In this document: in pieces, positions 17,850-27,194 of the stretch | Position numbering within the stretch: the first letter of the stretch is position 1 | Layout of the letters: the number at the start of each line of letters is the position of its first letter | Assembly (NCBI GenBank): GCA_964348415.1 | Contig: CAYGCR010000001.1 | Location: 10,639 to 74,638, forward strand | Source: an uncultured Ignavibacteria bacterium | Lineage (GTDB): Bacteria > Zixibacteria > MSB-5A5 > SM1-73 | Length of the DNA: 64,000 nt | Reading direction: 5' to 3' | Notes under the pieces: generated by a model | Databases searched by the model: none | What the model was told of the DNA's origin: nothing | Seen by the model: the letters and a program-made list of their open reading frames with translations, nothing else | Translations under genes and position numbers: made by a program

Positions 17850-18836
17850 ATGCCAAAGGAGAAGTTTGTCGTGGGTAACAAATGCATACAACTGACTTGC
17901 ATCATTCTGTTGGCACTTTGCCTGGGACTATTCAAAGTTGGTGGGCAAACACCATATGGGCAGCCGTACGGGGAGAAGTATAGGAGGGCAATCGCTAAAG
18001 AGATTGCATATGGTAAAGAAGAAGAAATGGTGGGTATGGTCTATGTAAAAGATCAGCCCCGCTTAGGCCCCGAATCTTTTTCAAACGATTCTGAAGGAAA
18101 TCTTTACGTTTGTGACGGGGTTAATCAGAGAATCCAAATTTTTTCCCCAAACGGAAAACATGAGTCTACAATTTTCTTAGAAAAAGGAGTGAGAGCAAGT
18201 GATATTGCAGTAGACAGATTTGGGTTTATATATGTTTATGATGCACAGGGGAAACTTTACCAGTACGACAGGAAGGGAAACCTTCTACGTACAATAGATG
18301 TGGACAGTTCCCGTTGGCAGGTTAGAATGGCTATGCATATGGTTGGTGGCAATATCTACATTCGAAATGTTGATCAGGAAGATGTGCTAATTGGTAAGGT
18401 TATAAAAGGCGTATTAACGGCACCTACAACAGAGGAACTCGCTCAGCCCCCTGAAAAGGGCATTCACGGATCGAGCGGGCGGAGGTATATTCTGACGTTA
18501 TTAAGGTGGCAAAAAGGCGTAGTAGAAATCCTTGATACAAGTGGGACAACTGTTAATATCGAGATGCCGATAAAGGATATAGTCTCTACAACATTTTTAC
18601 GGGAAGATAACCAAGGGAATTTCTACATTCAGACCGAGCGCGTTGAAGACAGCAAAATTGCGCTTGAAGTTCACAAATTCGACGCTCAGGGGAACCTTCT
18701 AACCGTCATCCCGATTCCAGATACTAATTATTCCACGTGGACAATCAAACTTCTTTCCCTTGATGACGAGGGAAATATTTATCAGTTTCTGCCCGGAAAA
18801 GAAAAAGCGCAACTAAATGTTTTTCAACCGGAATAA
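17850..18836 (+). CDS. Secreted NHL/beta-propeller repeat protein
   Basis: Signal-like N-terminus; GPESFSNDSEGNLYVCDGVNQRIQIF, DIAVDRFGFIYVYD, DDEGNIYQ repeats. Confidence 0.75.
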   Translation: MPKEKFVVGNKCIQLTCIILLALCLGLFKVGGQTPYGQPYGEKYRRAIAKEIAYGKEEEMVGMVYVKDQPRLGPESFSNDSEGNLYVCDGVNQRIQIFSPNGKHESTIFLEKGVRASDIAVDRFGFIYVYDAQGKLYQYDRKGNLLRTIDVDSSRWQVRMAMHMVGGNIYIRNVDQEDVLIGKVIKGVLTAPTTEELAQPPEKGIHGSSGRRYILTLLRWQKGVVEILDTSGTTVNIEMPIKDIVSTTFLREDNQGNFYIQTERVEDSKIALEVHKFDAQGNLLTVIPIPDTNYSTWTIKLLSLDDEGNIYQFLPGKEKAQLNVFQPE

Positions 18837-18864
18837 CTATCCATAACTGAGTACGGGATCAAGG

Positions 18865-19566
18865 ATGAAGCTCAAAGCCCTTATACCGGCAACATTTGTC
18901 AGTAGCATACTGTTAATGACAATATGCTACGGTTCGAGCGGAGACACCTGGGGTCCGATAAGCAGGCAAGCTATAACCTCAATAGCAGGTCAAATGATAG
19001 ATTCTTCTTGGACTCCAAGGTCCACTATTCGCAACTGGGCTTATGGTTCTGTGTGGTATTATTTTTACTCTGGAATGACGTACAGAGGTGAAGCATATTG
19101 TCAACAGAACGCTCAGGAGAATTGGGCTGAGTTTTTCAGCTTTGTAGATAACACCAAAGGTGGGGACACGTATTTTGGAAATGACTGTTCTGGTTTCGTA
19201 AGTATAAGCTGGCGGTTACCGAAAAGATATACCTGCACAGATTTTGAATGCGATGCTATAAGTAGCACCAATCGTTTTTGTGGCCCTTATCATGACCCCT
19301 GGAGTGATGATTATGCCCAAAGTCTCGGAAATGTGGGCAGTGGCGGGCAGGTAACTCTATTGCAGGGAGATGCTCTGGTTAATTCCGGAGTCCATATAAT
19401 ACTTTTTGATAGGTATGCCACTTCTGGAATAGTATCAATGGAGCAAACTCCAGGACCTCGGGTGTCTTCAGATGAGATGAGACGGTATTGGTCCTGGACC
19501 TCGTTAAGTAGCTATAGGCCAATACGGAGAAATTTGCTTGGTGGTCCTTCCGTTTCAGGCCACTAG
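18865..19566 (+). CDS. Secreted NlpC/P60-like cysteine hydrolase, possibly truncated by a nonsense codon
   Basis: Signal peptide, GNDCSGFVSISW (catalytic Cys), GVHIILF (His), MEQT. Confidence 0.7.
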   Translation: MKLKALIPATFVSSILLMTICYGSSGDTWGPISRQAITSIAGQMIDSSWTPRSTIRNWAYGSVWYYFYSGMTYRGEAYCQQNAQENWAEFFSFVDNTKGGDTYFGNDCSGFVSISWRLPKRYTCTDFECDAISSTNRFCGPYHDPWSDDYAQSLGNVGSGGQVTLLQGDALVNSGVHIILFDRYATSGIVSMEQTPGPRVSSDEMRRYWSWTSLSSYRPIRRNLLGGPSVSGH

Positions 19567-19749
19567 GATAGTGACGGAGGAGATGCTTTTGGCTACTTCG
19601 AAAATAATCTGCTTTGCTTGAATGATTGGCAAAGATCAGTAGCCCCGTGCTCCTGACAGTATTCTTGTCATCTGAAACCTCGCCCCTGAGTCATCCTCTC
19701 CACAATGGTTGACCTACAAAATCGTGCCGAAGCTGGCGGCATTTTTCTC

Positions 19750-19778
19750 TTGATTTTTCCAAGCGAAGTGCATAATAT
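19750..19778 (+). promoter_or_regulatory. Sigma70-type promoter of the histone-fold gene
   Basis: TTGATT-N17-TAATAT; SD AAGGAGG at 19825-19831. Confidence 0.5.
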
Positions 19779-19837
19779 TCGAAGGTCAGAGGAGGGTGGT
19801 TCAGGGGTGTCAGTAACTATCAATAAGGAGGATGGCC

Positions 19838-20014
19838 ATGGCCAAGAGTTACGTGGTTGCTTCCAGGATCCAGAATTTCGCAGGTAAACAGAAGATGAGG
19901 CTGAGTAGTAAGGCCATAACCGTCGTAGACGGCAAGATTGAGGAATTGCTGAAGACGGCCATCACGAGAGCCAAGGGCAACGGACGCAAAACAATAATGC
20001 CGTACGATCTCTAA
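19838..20014 (+). CDS. Bacterial histone-fold protein (singlet, 58 aa)
   Basis: MAKSYVVASRIQ...MRLSSKAITVVDGKIEELLKTAITRAKGNGRKTIMPYDL; GRKTI-x3-D motif; strong SD 6 nt upstream. Confidence 0.85.
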   Translation: MAKSYVVASRIQNFAGKQKMRLSSKAITVVDGKIEELLKTAITRAKGNGRKTIMPYDL

Positions 20015-20157
20015 ATTGACAACATCAGGCGACTGGTCAGACGACGAATCCTAATCTTCTGATGTTTGGAGAATAGGAATTCCAGAAGCTCATTGTCTTT
20101 GTTGTTCCGTCAGGTCTTCCTTGCCCAGGCGGGTATGATCTGTCACTAAGGACAGAG

Positions 20158-20205
20158 TGTGTCAGGTCACACTGATGGTAACCCATGAGCAAGACCTGAC
20201 ACAAC
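20158..20205. repeat. REP-like palindromic element, family A
   Basis: TGTGTCAGGTC...GACCTGACACA between convergent genes. Confidence 0.65.
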
Positions 20206-20225
20206 GAAGACTATTGTGATCGAGG

Positions 20226-23200
20226 TCATCTCTTCTTGACCTCAACCCAATTATTGTCTCTTTCGCGGTCTATCAAGACCACATAGGGGTCGATGCTTGC
20301 CCGAACCGGTTTCTTGTCCACCAGAATTTCGATCTCTGTCTCGTTCTGGGTCAACCTGTGTTTCTTCAGATATAGCTCTTCATCATCTTCTCCCAGAACG
20401 CCTATGTCGATATAATCTTGAATGGGAATTTCGGTCTGGTTACCGACACTGTCGGCCCTGAATTTGTGGCTGGAGACTTCCAGCGTAACCTTATACTTCC
20501 CGTCATCCAATTCTGTATAGGAAGCCGACTTTGCTTCATTCTCCCACAGCGTGATGGTCTCGAACACATCGGTGATGATGTATCGCAAGCTGTCTGGAGC
20601 GGCGGCCTTGAAGGCGTTTACCACGTCAAGGGACGTAGGAAAAACATCATCCCTGTGCCCGTACTCCTTCACAATTTCCCTCAGAGCCGCATTGACCCGA
20701 TCCTCACCAATCAAGTCCTGCAGGGCATACATCACCGCAGCGCTCTTAGGATAACTCAGATAATACTGATCTATGTAACCTCTCATCAGGGATCGCTCGC
20801 CGGCCACGTCCTTTTTCCGCCTGGAGAGATAACGCTCCATCTCCTTCTTTAAGAACTTACGGGATATCTCCTTCCCGTATTCCTTTTCCAGACACATTAC
20901 TTCAACGTACTGGGCTATAGTCTCGGTGAGCATCTCGGCACCCTCAGCACGAGCGGGCTTGACGATATATGGCCACCACTGATGGGCCATCTCGTGTGTA
21001 CAGATACCGAATACTAAGTCGATGTCCCCGGGGTCTTCCAGGTTGCTGATGAACCCCGCATCCTCCCGCCAAGTAAACAAAGTAGGCTGGGAGCGTGCTC
21101 CGAAATGAACGTACCTGGGAATCTCGGCTATTCGGAGAACTCGGTAAGGGAAAGGACAGAAATTCCTGGTACAATAGTCCAGGGACCGCTTCACCCCTTT
21201 GATCATGCGCTGCACGTTATGGGGATGCTTCTTATCATGGTACACTTCGATTTTAATCCCCCCGTATTCGTCTTCGGCTATCTCGTATTCGGAGGAGGCA
21301 AAGACAAACTCGGTATGCATTGGAGCTTCAGAGCCGAAGTGGAAATAGTTTCTTCCGTCCTGGGTCCATTCTCGGACCAGACTCCCGTTGCTGACAACTC
21401 TCTGAGATCCGCTGGTGCTGATGGTGGCTTCATATTCCGTAAGGTCGAACTCAGGCTCGCAAATCGATCTGTCGGCTTCCTCCAATGGCGGACTCTTGGG
21501 CTGTTTTGGCAGGCCATGCTTTTCCCGATCTCTTTCTTTGGTGAGCTCCAGGCCTCGCACGTAACCTATGAGAGGGAAATATTCGGGGGACTGCGACATA
21601 AGCAGAAAACAGGTTCCTTTTCGGGCAAGCTGATCTTTTGGATTGTTCTCGGTGAACCCTTTCGCTTTGGCGGTCAGGTCGAACTCAAGCCGGGTTTCCT
21701 CACCGGGAGCGAGAGGGGCGTCCAATTGGAGAATGCGAAATCCGTATTCCTCGCCCAGATGCGCCAGTGTTGCCGGGCTTGACAATTCGAGTCGGCCCTC
21801 GTTGGTGATATATCTGTCTGAAAGATTGATGTAGATCTCGCGGATGGGTTGGTGGGTTTTGTTCTTCAGCACATAATATCCTTCAATGTCCGCCTTTCTC
21901 GCTTCGGGGAAAATGTCCACGGTCAGCTTAACATCCGTTATCCTGGGCTGGGGAGCATTTTTATACTGTGCATATTTCTTTTCGTAATCGGCTCTGATTC
22001 TTTTTCTCTGGTCTCTTGACGTGTATTGATTCAGAATGTATTTGTTATAGGAAATGTACCCCCCGGTTGCCAAGAACAGAACCAGCAGGATACCCAATGC
22101 CCAATGAAACCGCCTGTTTAGTTTCTGCAGTCCCACCCTGAATCGGAACTTCAGAGCCGTTTCGTTGTTGCGACGCCACAGGAGTGACGTCAGGACACCC
22201 AGGATGCCTGCGAACAGAATCCAATATATGGAGTACCAGATCAGAAGGGGCCCGTAGTGCCCGAAGCCGTTTAAGTTGGAATAGGTGAACGGAGGCAGTT
22301 GACCGTATCGGAGGAGGAAATTCTCCGCCTTTAAGACCTCGAAGATGATCAGATCGGCGGCAACGTAAATGGCGGAGATGAAGAATCCCAGGATCTTGTT
22401 ACCCACCAGGTTGTGGATGAAAAAGATGATTATCGTCAAGAACCAGAATTTCAGCAGTGTGATGCCGAACAGGTGCTTAAGATACAGACCCAATTCGAGG
22501 TTGGTGTAGCCGAAGCCGATTACCTGGGTGGCGATCCCGGTGAGCATGGCCAGCACCACGTAGAAAAGCTGAATGGACATCATGGTCAAAAGCTTAGACA
22601 GATAGCTCAGCCAGTCGGGTAGCGGAAGCGTGTCGTAGAACTCGTTGGACCCATGATCCCGCTCCCGCCAGATGATCAATCCGCCGAATAGAATGGTCAG
22701 CGGAATCATGTAAATCCAGATATGCAGGGTCTGTTCCAGAAAGCGTGAGGTGAGGGGGTAAACGTTGTCTCCCATGTGGCCGGCATTTGCCGCAAAATTC
22801 ATGACCAGCTCACCCATGGCCATGACGGTCAGAATGAGGAAGGCCGGATGGAAAACGATCCTTTTGAATTCTCTGAAAACGAGGTGGAAGCATTTCTTTA
22901 GTTGGAAGCCAAAAGCATCGTCGATGATCGTTGGTCGGATCTTTCGCAGGGTATGGACAGCCTTGAATTCGATCCCTTCGATGCCCAGTCGCTTTTCTTT
23001 TTTCTTCTCCAGGAGCGAAACGAATTCAAATCGTGTCAAGGTATAAAGAAGAATGGCAAGACTGACCACCATCCAGATGATTCGGTTCCATATGAGGGGA
23101 GCCTGCAAAGGAATCTGTTTAAGGTTGATGTCGGCCACGGTCCAGTACTTGGTCAGGATGCCCAGCCCGGAGATGCCGAAGGGGTCGAGCAGGATTTTCG

Positions 23201-23813
23201 CGGTGTCGTTTTCCCAACCGGTGAAACCACCCTGCACTGCGCCGTAGATCATAAGGAATCCAACACCTGCCAGGTAGGTCATCAACATGTTTCGGCTCAG
23301 GGTCGCCAGGGAGAAGAAGATGCTGCCGATAAGCAGCAGGTTTGGAATCAAGATGATCACCGCCGGAAGCAGGAACGCCGATAGGTTAAACGGGCCGTAA
23401 TATTTGGGATTGATGACCAAACAGCCTGCGACAAATCCGAGGGCGATGCCGGAATAGATGAGAAAATTGGCCGACAGTCCGCCCAGAAACCGGCCACCGA
23501 GATAGGAAGCCTTGCTCATGGGAACGGTGAAGAAGAAGTCGTGGATCCCAGCGGAGAAGTCGCGGGTCACGGCACGCCCCACCATGACCATGGTGAACAG
23601 CACCCCCACCACGCTGAAGCGCGCCGTCAGCTTGGCAATGAGCAGGGGCGCGTTGTGCCATTCCTTGCCGATGCTAAGTCCCATGATGTATGAATGTGGA
23701 TTGAGATTGGACGCGAATATATATGCTCCGAAGAACAACAGAGCAGAGAAGATGTAGAAGGAGGCACCTTTGAGGTTTCTTTTGAATTCGATCAAATAAA
23801 TATCTAAAAACAT
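20226..23813 (-). CDS. ABC-2 type permease fused to an M1-family aminopeptidase domain
   Basis: Two blocks of about six TM helices, then a soluble domain with HEMAHQWW and downstream LTE; YLSYPKSAAVMYALQD. Confidence 0.9.
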   Translation of the reverse strand: MFLDIYLIEFKRNLKGASFYIFSALLFFGAYIFASNLNPHSYIMGLSIGKEWHNAPLLIAKLTARFSVVGVLFTMVMVGRAVTRDFSAGIHDFFFTVPMSKASYLGGRFLGGLSANFLIYSGIALGFVAGCLVINPKYYGPFNLSAFLLPAVIILIPNLLLIGSIFFSLATLSRNMLMTYLAGVGFLMIYGAVQGGFTGWENDTAKILLDPFGISGLGILTKYWTVADINLKQIPLQAPLIWNRIIWMVVSLAILLYTLTRFEFVSLLEKKKEKRLGIEGIEFKAVHTLRKIRPTIIDDAFGFQLKKCFHLVFREFKRIVFHPAFLILTVMAMGELVMNFAANAGHMGDNVYPLTSRFLEQTLHIWIYMIPLTILFGGLIIWRERDHGSNEFYDTLPLPDWLSYLSKLLTMMSIQLFYVVLAMLTGIATQVIGFGYTNLELGLYLKHLFGITLLKFWFLTIIIFFIHNLVGNKILGFFISAIYVAADLIIFEVLKAENFLLRYGQLPPFTYSNLNGFGHYGPLLIWYSIYWILFAGILGVLTSLLWRRNNETALKFRFRVGLQKLNRRFHWALGILLVLFLATGGYISYNKYILNQYTSRDQRKRIRADYEKKYAQYKNAPQPRITDVKLTVDIFPEARKADIEGYYVLKNKTHQPIREIYINLSDRYITNEGRLELSSPATLAHLGEEYGFRILQLDAPLAPGEETRLEFDLTAKAKGFTENNPKDQLARKGTCFLLMSQSPEYFPLIGYVRGLELTKERDREKHGLPKQPKSPPLEEADRSICEPEFDLTEYEATISTSGSQRVVSNGSLVREWTQDGRNYFHFGSEAPMHTEFVFASSEYEIAEDEYGGIKIEVYHDKKHPHNVQRMIKGVKRSLDYCTRNFCPFPYRVLRIAEIPRYVHFGARSQPTLFTWREDAGFISNLEDPGDIDLVFGICTHEMAHQWWPYIVKPARAEGAEMLTETIAQYVEVMCLEKEYGKEISRKFLKKEMERYLSRRKKDVAGERSLMRGYIDQYYLSYPKSAAVMYALQDLIGEDRVNAALREIVKEYGHRDDVFPTSLDVVNAFKAAAPDSLRYIITDVFETITLWENEAKSASYTELDDGKYKVTLEVSSHKFRADSVGNQTEIPIQDYIDIGVLGEDDEELYLKKHRLTQNETEIEILVDKKPVRASIDPYVVLIDRERDNNWVEVKKR

Positions 23814-23920
23814 GGCTATTGACCTCTCGTAAAAAGCGACCTAAGTGAGTTCAAATCCTGAGAGCTTGGAGTCGCCGACATCGAGGACATATGTTGTTAC
23901 TTCCGGCATTTCAGATCGCT

Positions 23921-24793
23921 TCAGTTCACTTTGTTTAAATGATAGAAATAGACATCCTCCAGCGACGGCTTGATATTCGAAAATCCGTTTTCAGGACTGA
24001 CTTCGCTGTAGATATAAATGAACGTCTTGCCTGCGAAGAGCCGCGTGGAGATTACGCTATACTTCTCTTCATATTCGGGTAGGTCAGCTTTTGAAATTTC
24101 TTTTTCCCAGATCTTTCCTTCCAGTTGGGACATGGCCTCCAGCGTGTTCTCTTTCAATATGATTCTGCCCCCGTCTATGATGGCCATGTTCGTACAGAGA
24201 TCGCTCACGTCGTCCACGATGTGCGTCGAGAGGATGACCACAACGTTCTCGCCGATTTCACTGAGCAGGTTGTGAAAGCGGACGCGCTCCTCCGGGTCCA
24301 GTCCGGCCGTGGGCTCATCCACGATGATGAGCTTGGGATTTCCGATGAGTACCTGGGCGATGCCGAAGCGCTGCCTCATACCGTTGGAATACGTGCCCAG
24401 CCTTTGCTTCCGCTCGTTCCAGAGATTGGCCCGCTTAAGGAGTTCTTCGACTTTGACCCTTCTTTCTTTTTTGTCTTTGACACCTTTCAGCAGGGTAAAA
24501 TGATCCAGCAGATCGTAGCCCGTGTCCTTGGGATAGAATCCGAAAGTCTGGGGCAAGTAACCCAGCAGTTTCTTCACTTCATTCTTCTGTCTCAAGACGT
24601 CAATGCCTTCGAACGTGATCTCGCCTGAGTCAGCTTCCTGGAGGGTAGCGATGGTCCTCATCAGAGTGGACTTTCCAGCCCCGTTGGGACCCAGCAAGCC
24701 AAACAGTCCGGTAGGGATCTCTAAGGACACGTCGTCCAACGCCACAACCCCGTTGGCATAGGTTTTGGAAAGATTGTTAATTGATAGTTCCAT
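23921..24793 (-). CDS. ABC transporter ATP-binding protein
   Basis: GPNGAGKST, YSNGMRQR signature variant, IIVDEPT, STH. Confidence 0.95.
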   Translation of the reverse strand: MELSINNLSKTYANGVVALDDVSLEIPTGLFGLLGPNGAGKSTLMRTIATLQEADSGEITFEGIDVLRQKNEVKKLLGYLPQTFGFYPKDTGYDLLDHFTLLKGVKDKKERRVKVEELLKRANLWNERKQRLGTYSNGMRQRFGIAQVLIGNPKLIIVDEPTAGLDPEERVRFHNLLSEIGENVVVILSTHIVDDVSDLCTNMAIIDGGRIILKENTLEAMSQLEGKIWEKEISKADLPEYEEKYSVISTRLFAGKTFIYIYSEVSPENGFSNIKPSLEDVYFYHLNKVN

Positions 24794-25351
24794 GATTCTT
24801 TTTCCTCCGATATTTTCTGAGTCCGTTCCAATATCCGCTTAGAATATCAATCCCTGTATTTTCAGAAGCGTTGCACGCCTTTTTGCTTCATATAGGCTTC
24901 CGCTCATCCTGCGTGAAAGCACGACACAAGAATTACACTTCACACTAAATAATCCGGCTTGGCTTTGCCAGTCTTTCGCCGCTAAATAACCCCAGCAGCA
25001 CGCAAGGATATTCATGACCTTCTCTATTCGGATTCTTCAGAATTTCAGTTTCTGCCTTTTTTCCAGAATCTCCTTCCGGTGCTCTTCAGTCCCCATCACT
25101 CTTCATTAGACGCCTTAATCAATGTTTTGTTTCACAGAGTCTAGGGATAGATGGTGCTGGGGCAAGGAGCGAGGTGTGCTCTGATGAGGACTAAAATCAC
25201 AAAGAAAGTATCAGGAGAAAAACATCAGGCCTCGGTTCTTCCAAGCTTGCCAGGGAAGTTCGAAAATGGTCTAATTGGGAAGGCTGTTTTTGGGGAGTTG
25301 CCTCAGCCTTTGAAGAAGTGAATAGAGAAGCCGGCGCTCAGCTGAGACTTG

Positions 25352-26107
25352 TTAATCCACCACAACAGCAAGTGTGGCGGAGAAGATGCTCTTTGCGCCT
25401 GAGTCCTGAAGCATTCTGGCACACTCATTCAAGGTAGCCCCGGTGGTGGTAACGTCATCCACCAGGATCAGCTTCTTGTTCTTTGCGATTTCCGGCTGAC
25501 TGATCGAAAAAGCATCCCTGACGTTCTCCGCTCTTTGTTGAGCATTCAGATAGGTCTGATCTTTGGTGTTCTTTTTCCTTTTGAGGATGCGTCTTGCCAG
25601 CGGAATATTCGCCACTTCAGATACGCCCTCCGCTAGAATCTCACTTTGATCAAATCCCCTTTCCCTGTATCTAGCACGGTGGAGAGGAACCGGAACGATA
25701 AGGTCGCAGCCGGCAAATTCTTTCTCTCGTGCGACTGCATCTCCTAACCGCTGAGCCAAGCGCCTGCCCAGGGGGATCTTTTTCCCGTACTTGAATCGGT
25801 GAATGAGCCTCTGGTAGTAATCATCGAAGGTACCTACGGATATCGCAGCAAGAATCCTGCGATCTTCCGGCTTGTCCAAACAGGGACATCCGTGTTTCAA
25901 AAGCTCCGAGCTATCTTCAAGAAAAGACTTGCAGTAAGGACAGAAGGGAGCCGGAAGTATTGCCAAGGTTTGCCAGCAATCCTCGCATACCTCTTTTTCA
26001 TCTCTTCTCAGAGGCCTTTGGCAGATAGGGCAACCTTGGGGATAGATGAAATCCAGAATGTCATCTTTAAGTTCCAGAAGAAAATCTCTGATATTAAGCG
26101 CAGGCAT
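25352..26107 (-). CDS. comF: ComF family protein (double zinc ribbon + phosphoribosyltransferase)
   Basis: CPIC/CEDC/CPYC, VPVPLHRARYRERGFDQ, LVDDVTTTGATL; start set at ATG 26107. Confidence 0.9.
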   Translation of the reverse strand: MPALNIRDFLLELKDDILDFIYPQGCPICQRPLRRDEKEVCEDCWQTLAILPAPFCPYCKSFLEDSSELLKHGCPCLDKPEDRRILAAISVGTFDDYYQRLIHRFKYGKKIPLGRRLAQRLGDAVAREKEFAGCDLIVPVPLHRARYRERGFDQSEILAEGVSEVANIPLARRILKRKKNTKDQTYLNAQQRAENVRDAFSISQPEIAKNKKLILVDDVTTTGATLNECARMLQDSGAKSIFSATLAVVVD

Positions 26108-26130
26108 CGGATACGACAAAGAGTCGGGGG

Positions 26131-26982
26131 CTAACCTTCGGGCTCGTGCTTGGTGGTGAGGGTGTAGCCGAAGCTGGTTTCGACCTTCGACTTCCTTCTC
26201 AGGTAGATCCACATAAACACAGATACGATGAAGATCAAAACGATCAAAGCCTGGTTGACTGTGAAACTTGCACCTCCCATTCTGAGAAAGATCATGCTCT
26301 CCTCATAATATCTGAAGAAGTCGATGGTAAATCTTGCCGCAGAGTAAAAAATAAGCATCAGCCAGAATGTAAAACCATCAAACCGTTTGAACCTTTCCAG
26401 CAGCAAGAGCATCCCAAAGATGAAAAAGCCCAAAAAAGACGCAACCAGTTGAATGGGGAAGATTGGTGTATCCGGGAACATGTACCCTCCCGGAGAGTTG
26501 TAAGGGAAGATCACAGAAAGAGAACTCTCGCTGGGATTGCCGAAACAACAGCCGTTTAGAAAACAACCAATGCGTGCTATACTCAAGCCCAACATTATCG
26601 AAGGAGCCACGATGTCGGCTATTTTCCATACGCCCAGTTTCTTTATGTGGACATAAACAATCCCACATACGATTGCCAAGACCAGTCCCCCGAACATGGA
26701 CAGCCCACCAATGCCTATCTCTCCGGTGCTCTGGATGGGGTTAATCATATCCAGAATGCGACCCTCAAACTCCTTCAGATGGTAGATTACATAGAAGAAC
26801 CTTGAGCCCACGATGGCAGAGATCAGAACGATAAGGGAAAGATCGGGAAGCCATTCGATGCCTGACCCCTGCTTTTTAGCTCTTCTGGCGGAGAACCAGA
26901 TGCCCATTACGAAAGCTAAGACCAAAAGAAAGCCGTACGTCCGGACCGCCAGAGGACCAAGTTTAATCAAAACAGGATACAT
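26131..26982 (-). CDS. lgt: Prolipoprotein diacylglyceryl transferase
   Basis: MYPVLIKLG.LAVRTYG, GSRFFYV, GLSMFGG, RIGCFLNGCCFG, RFTIDFFR. Confidence 0.9.
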   Translation of the reverse strand: MYPVLIKLGPLAVRTYGFLLVLAFVMGIWFSARRAKKQGSGIEWLPDLSLIVLISAIVGSRFFYVIYHLKEFEGRILDMINPIQSTGEIGIGGLSMFGGLVLAIVCGIVYVHIKKLGVWKIADIVAPSIMLGLSIARIGCFLNGCCFGNPSESSLSVIFPYNSPGGYMFPDTPIFPIQLVASFLGFFIFGMLLLLERFKRFDGFTFWLMLIFYSAARFTIDFFRYYEESMIFLRMGGASFTVNQALIVLIFIVSVFMWIYLRRKSKVETSFGYTLTTKHEPEG

Positions 26983-27194
26983 TGATTTCTCCAGGATCAA
27001 TCTCTTTTCGTGTTTACTTTCAGAGCACCTTTAATTCAAGAGAATTCGCCTGCAGAGGAATGAAAAACTCATATTTCACCTGGCTCGACCGGAATTCCGT
27101 CTTCCATGTATAGACCAAAGAAAGTTGGAGCCGAGGCACAAAAAATTCGTCCAGCCAGTTCTCTTGGCGTTGAGTGAAGCGGATCAGAACGTGA

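Noticed and set aside
17279-17891. Possible integrase or transposase remnants next to the tRNA relic (ORFs 17279-17545 and 17580-17891)
   Set aside because: I found no tyrosine-recombinase or DDE motifs in the frames I read; a translated profile search is needed.
24830-25110. Short broken reading frames upstream of the ABC ATPase (possible regulator remnant)
   Set aside because: No recognisable HTH or family motif.
25181-25275. Hammerhead-like core: CTGATGA followed by GGACT...AGTTC-GAAA
   Set aside because: Stems I and III and a valid NUH cleavage site could not be built.
26131-26982. Lgt lacks the E. coli-type HGG and HPSQLYE motifs
   Set aside because: RIGCF..GCC.G-type Lgt proteins are a widespread variant clade, so this is not evidence of novelty or pseudogenisation.
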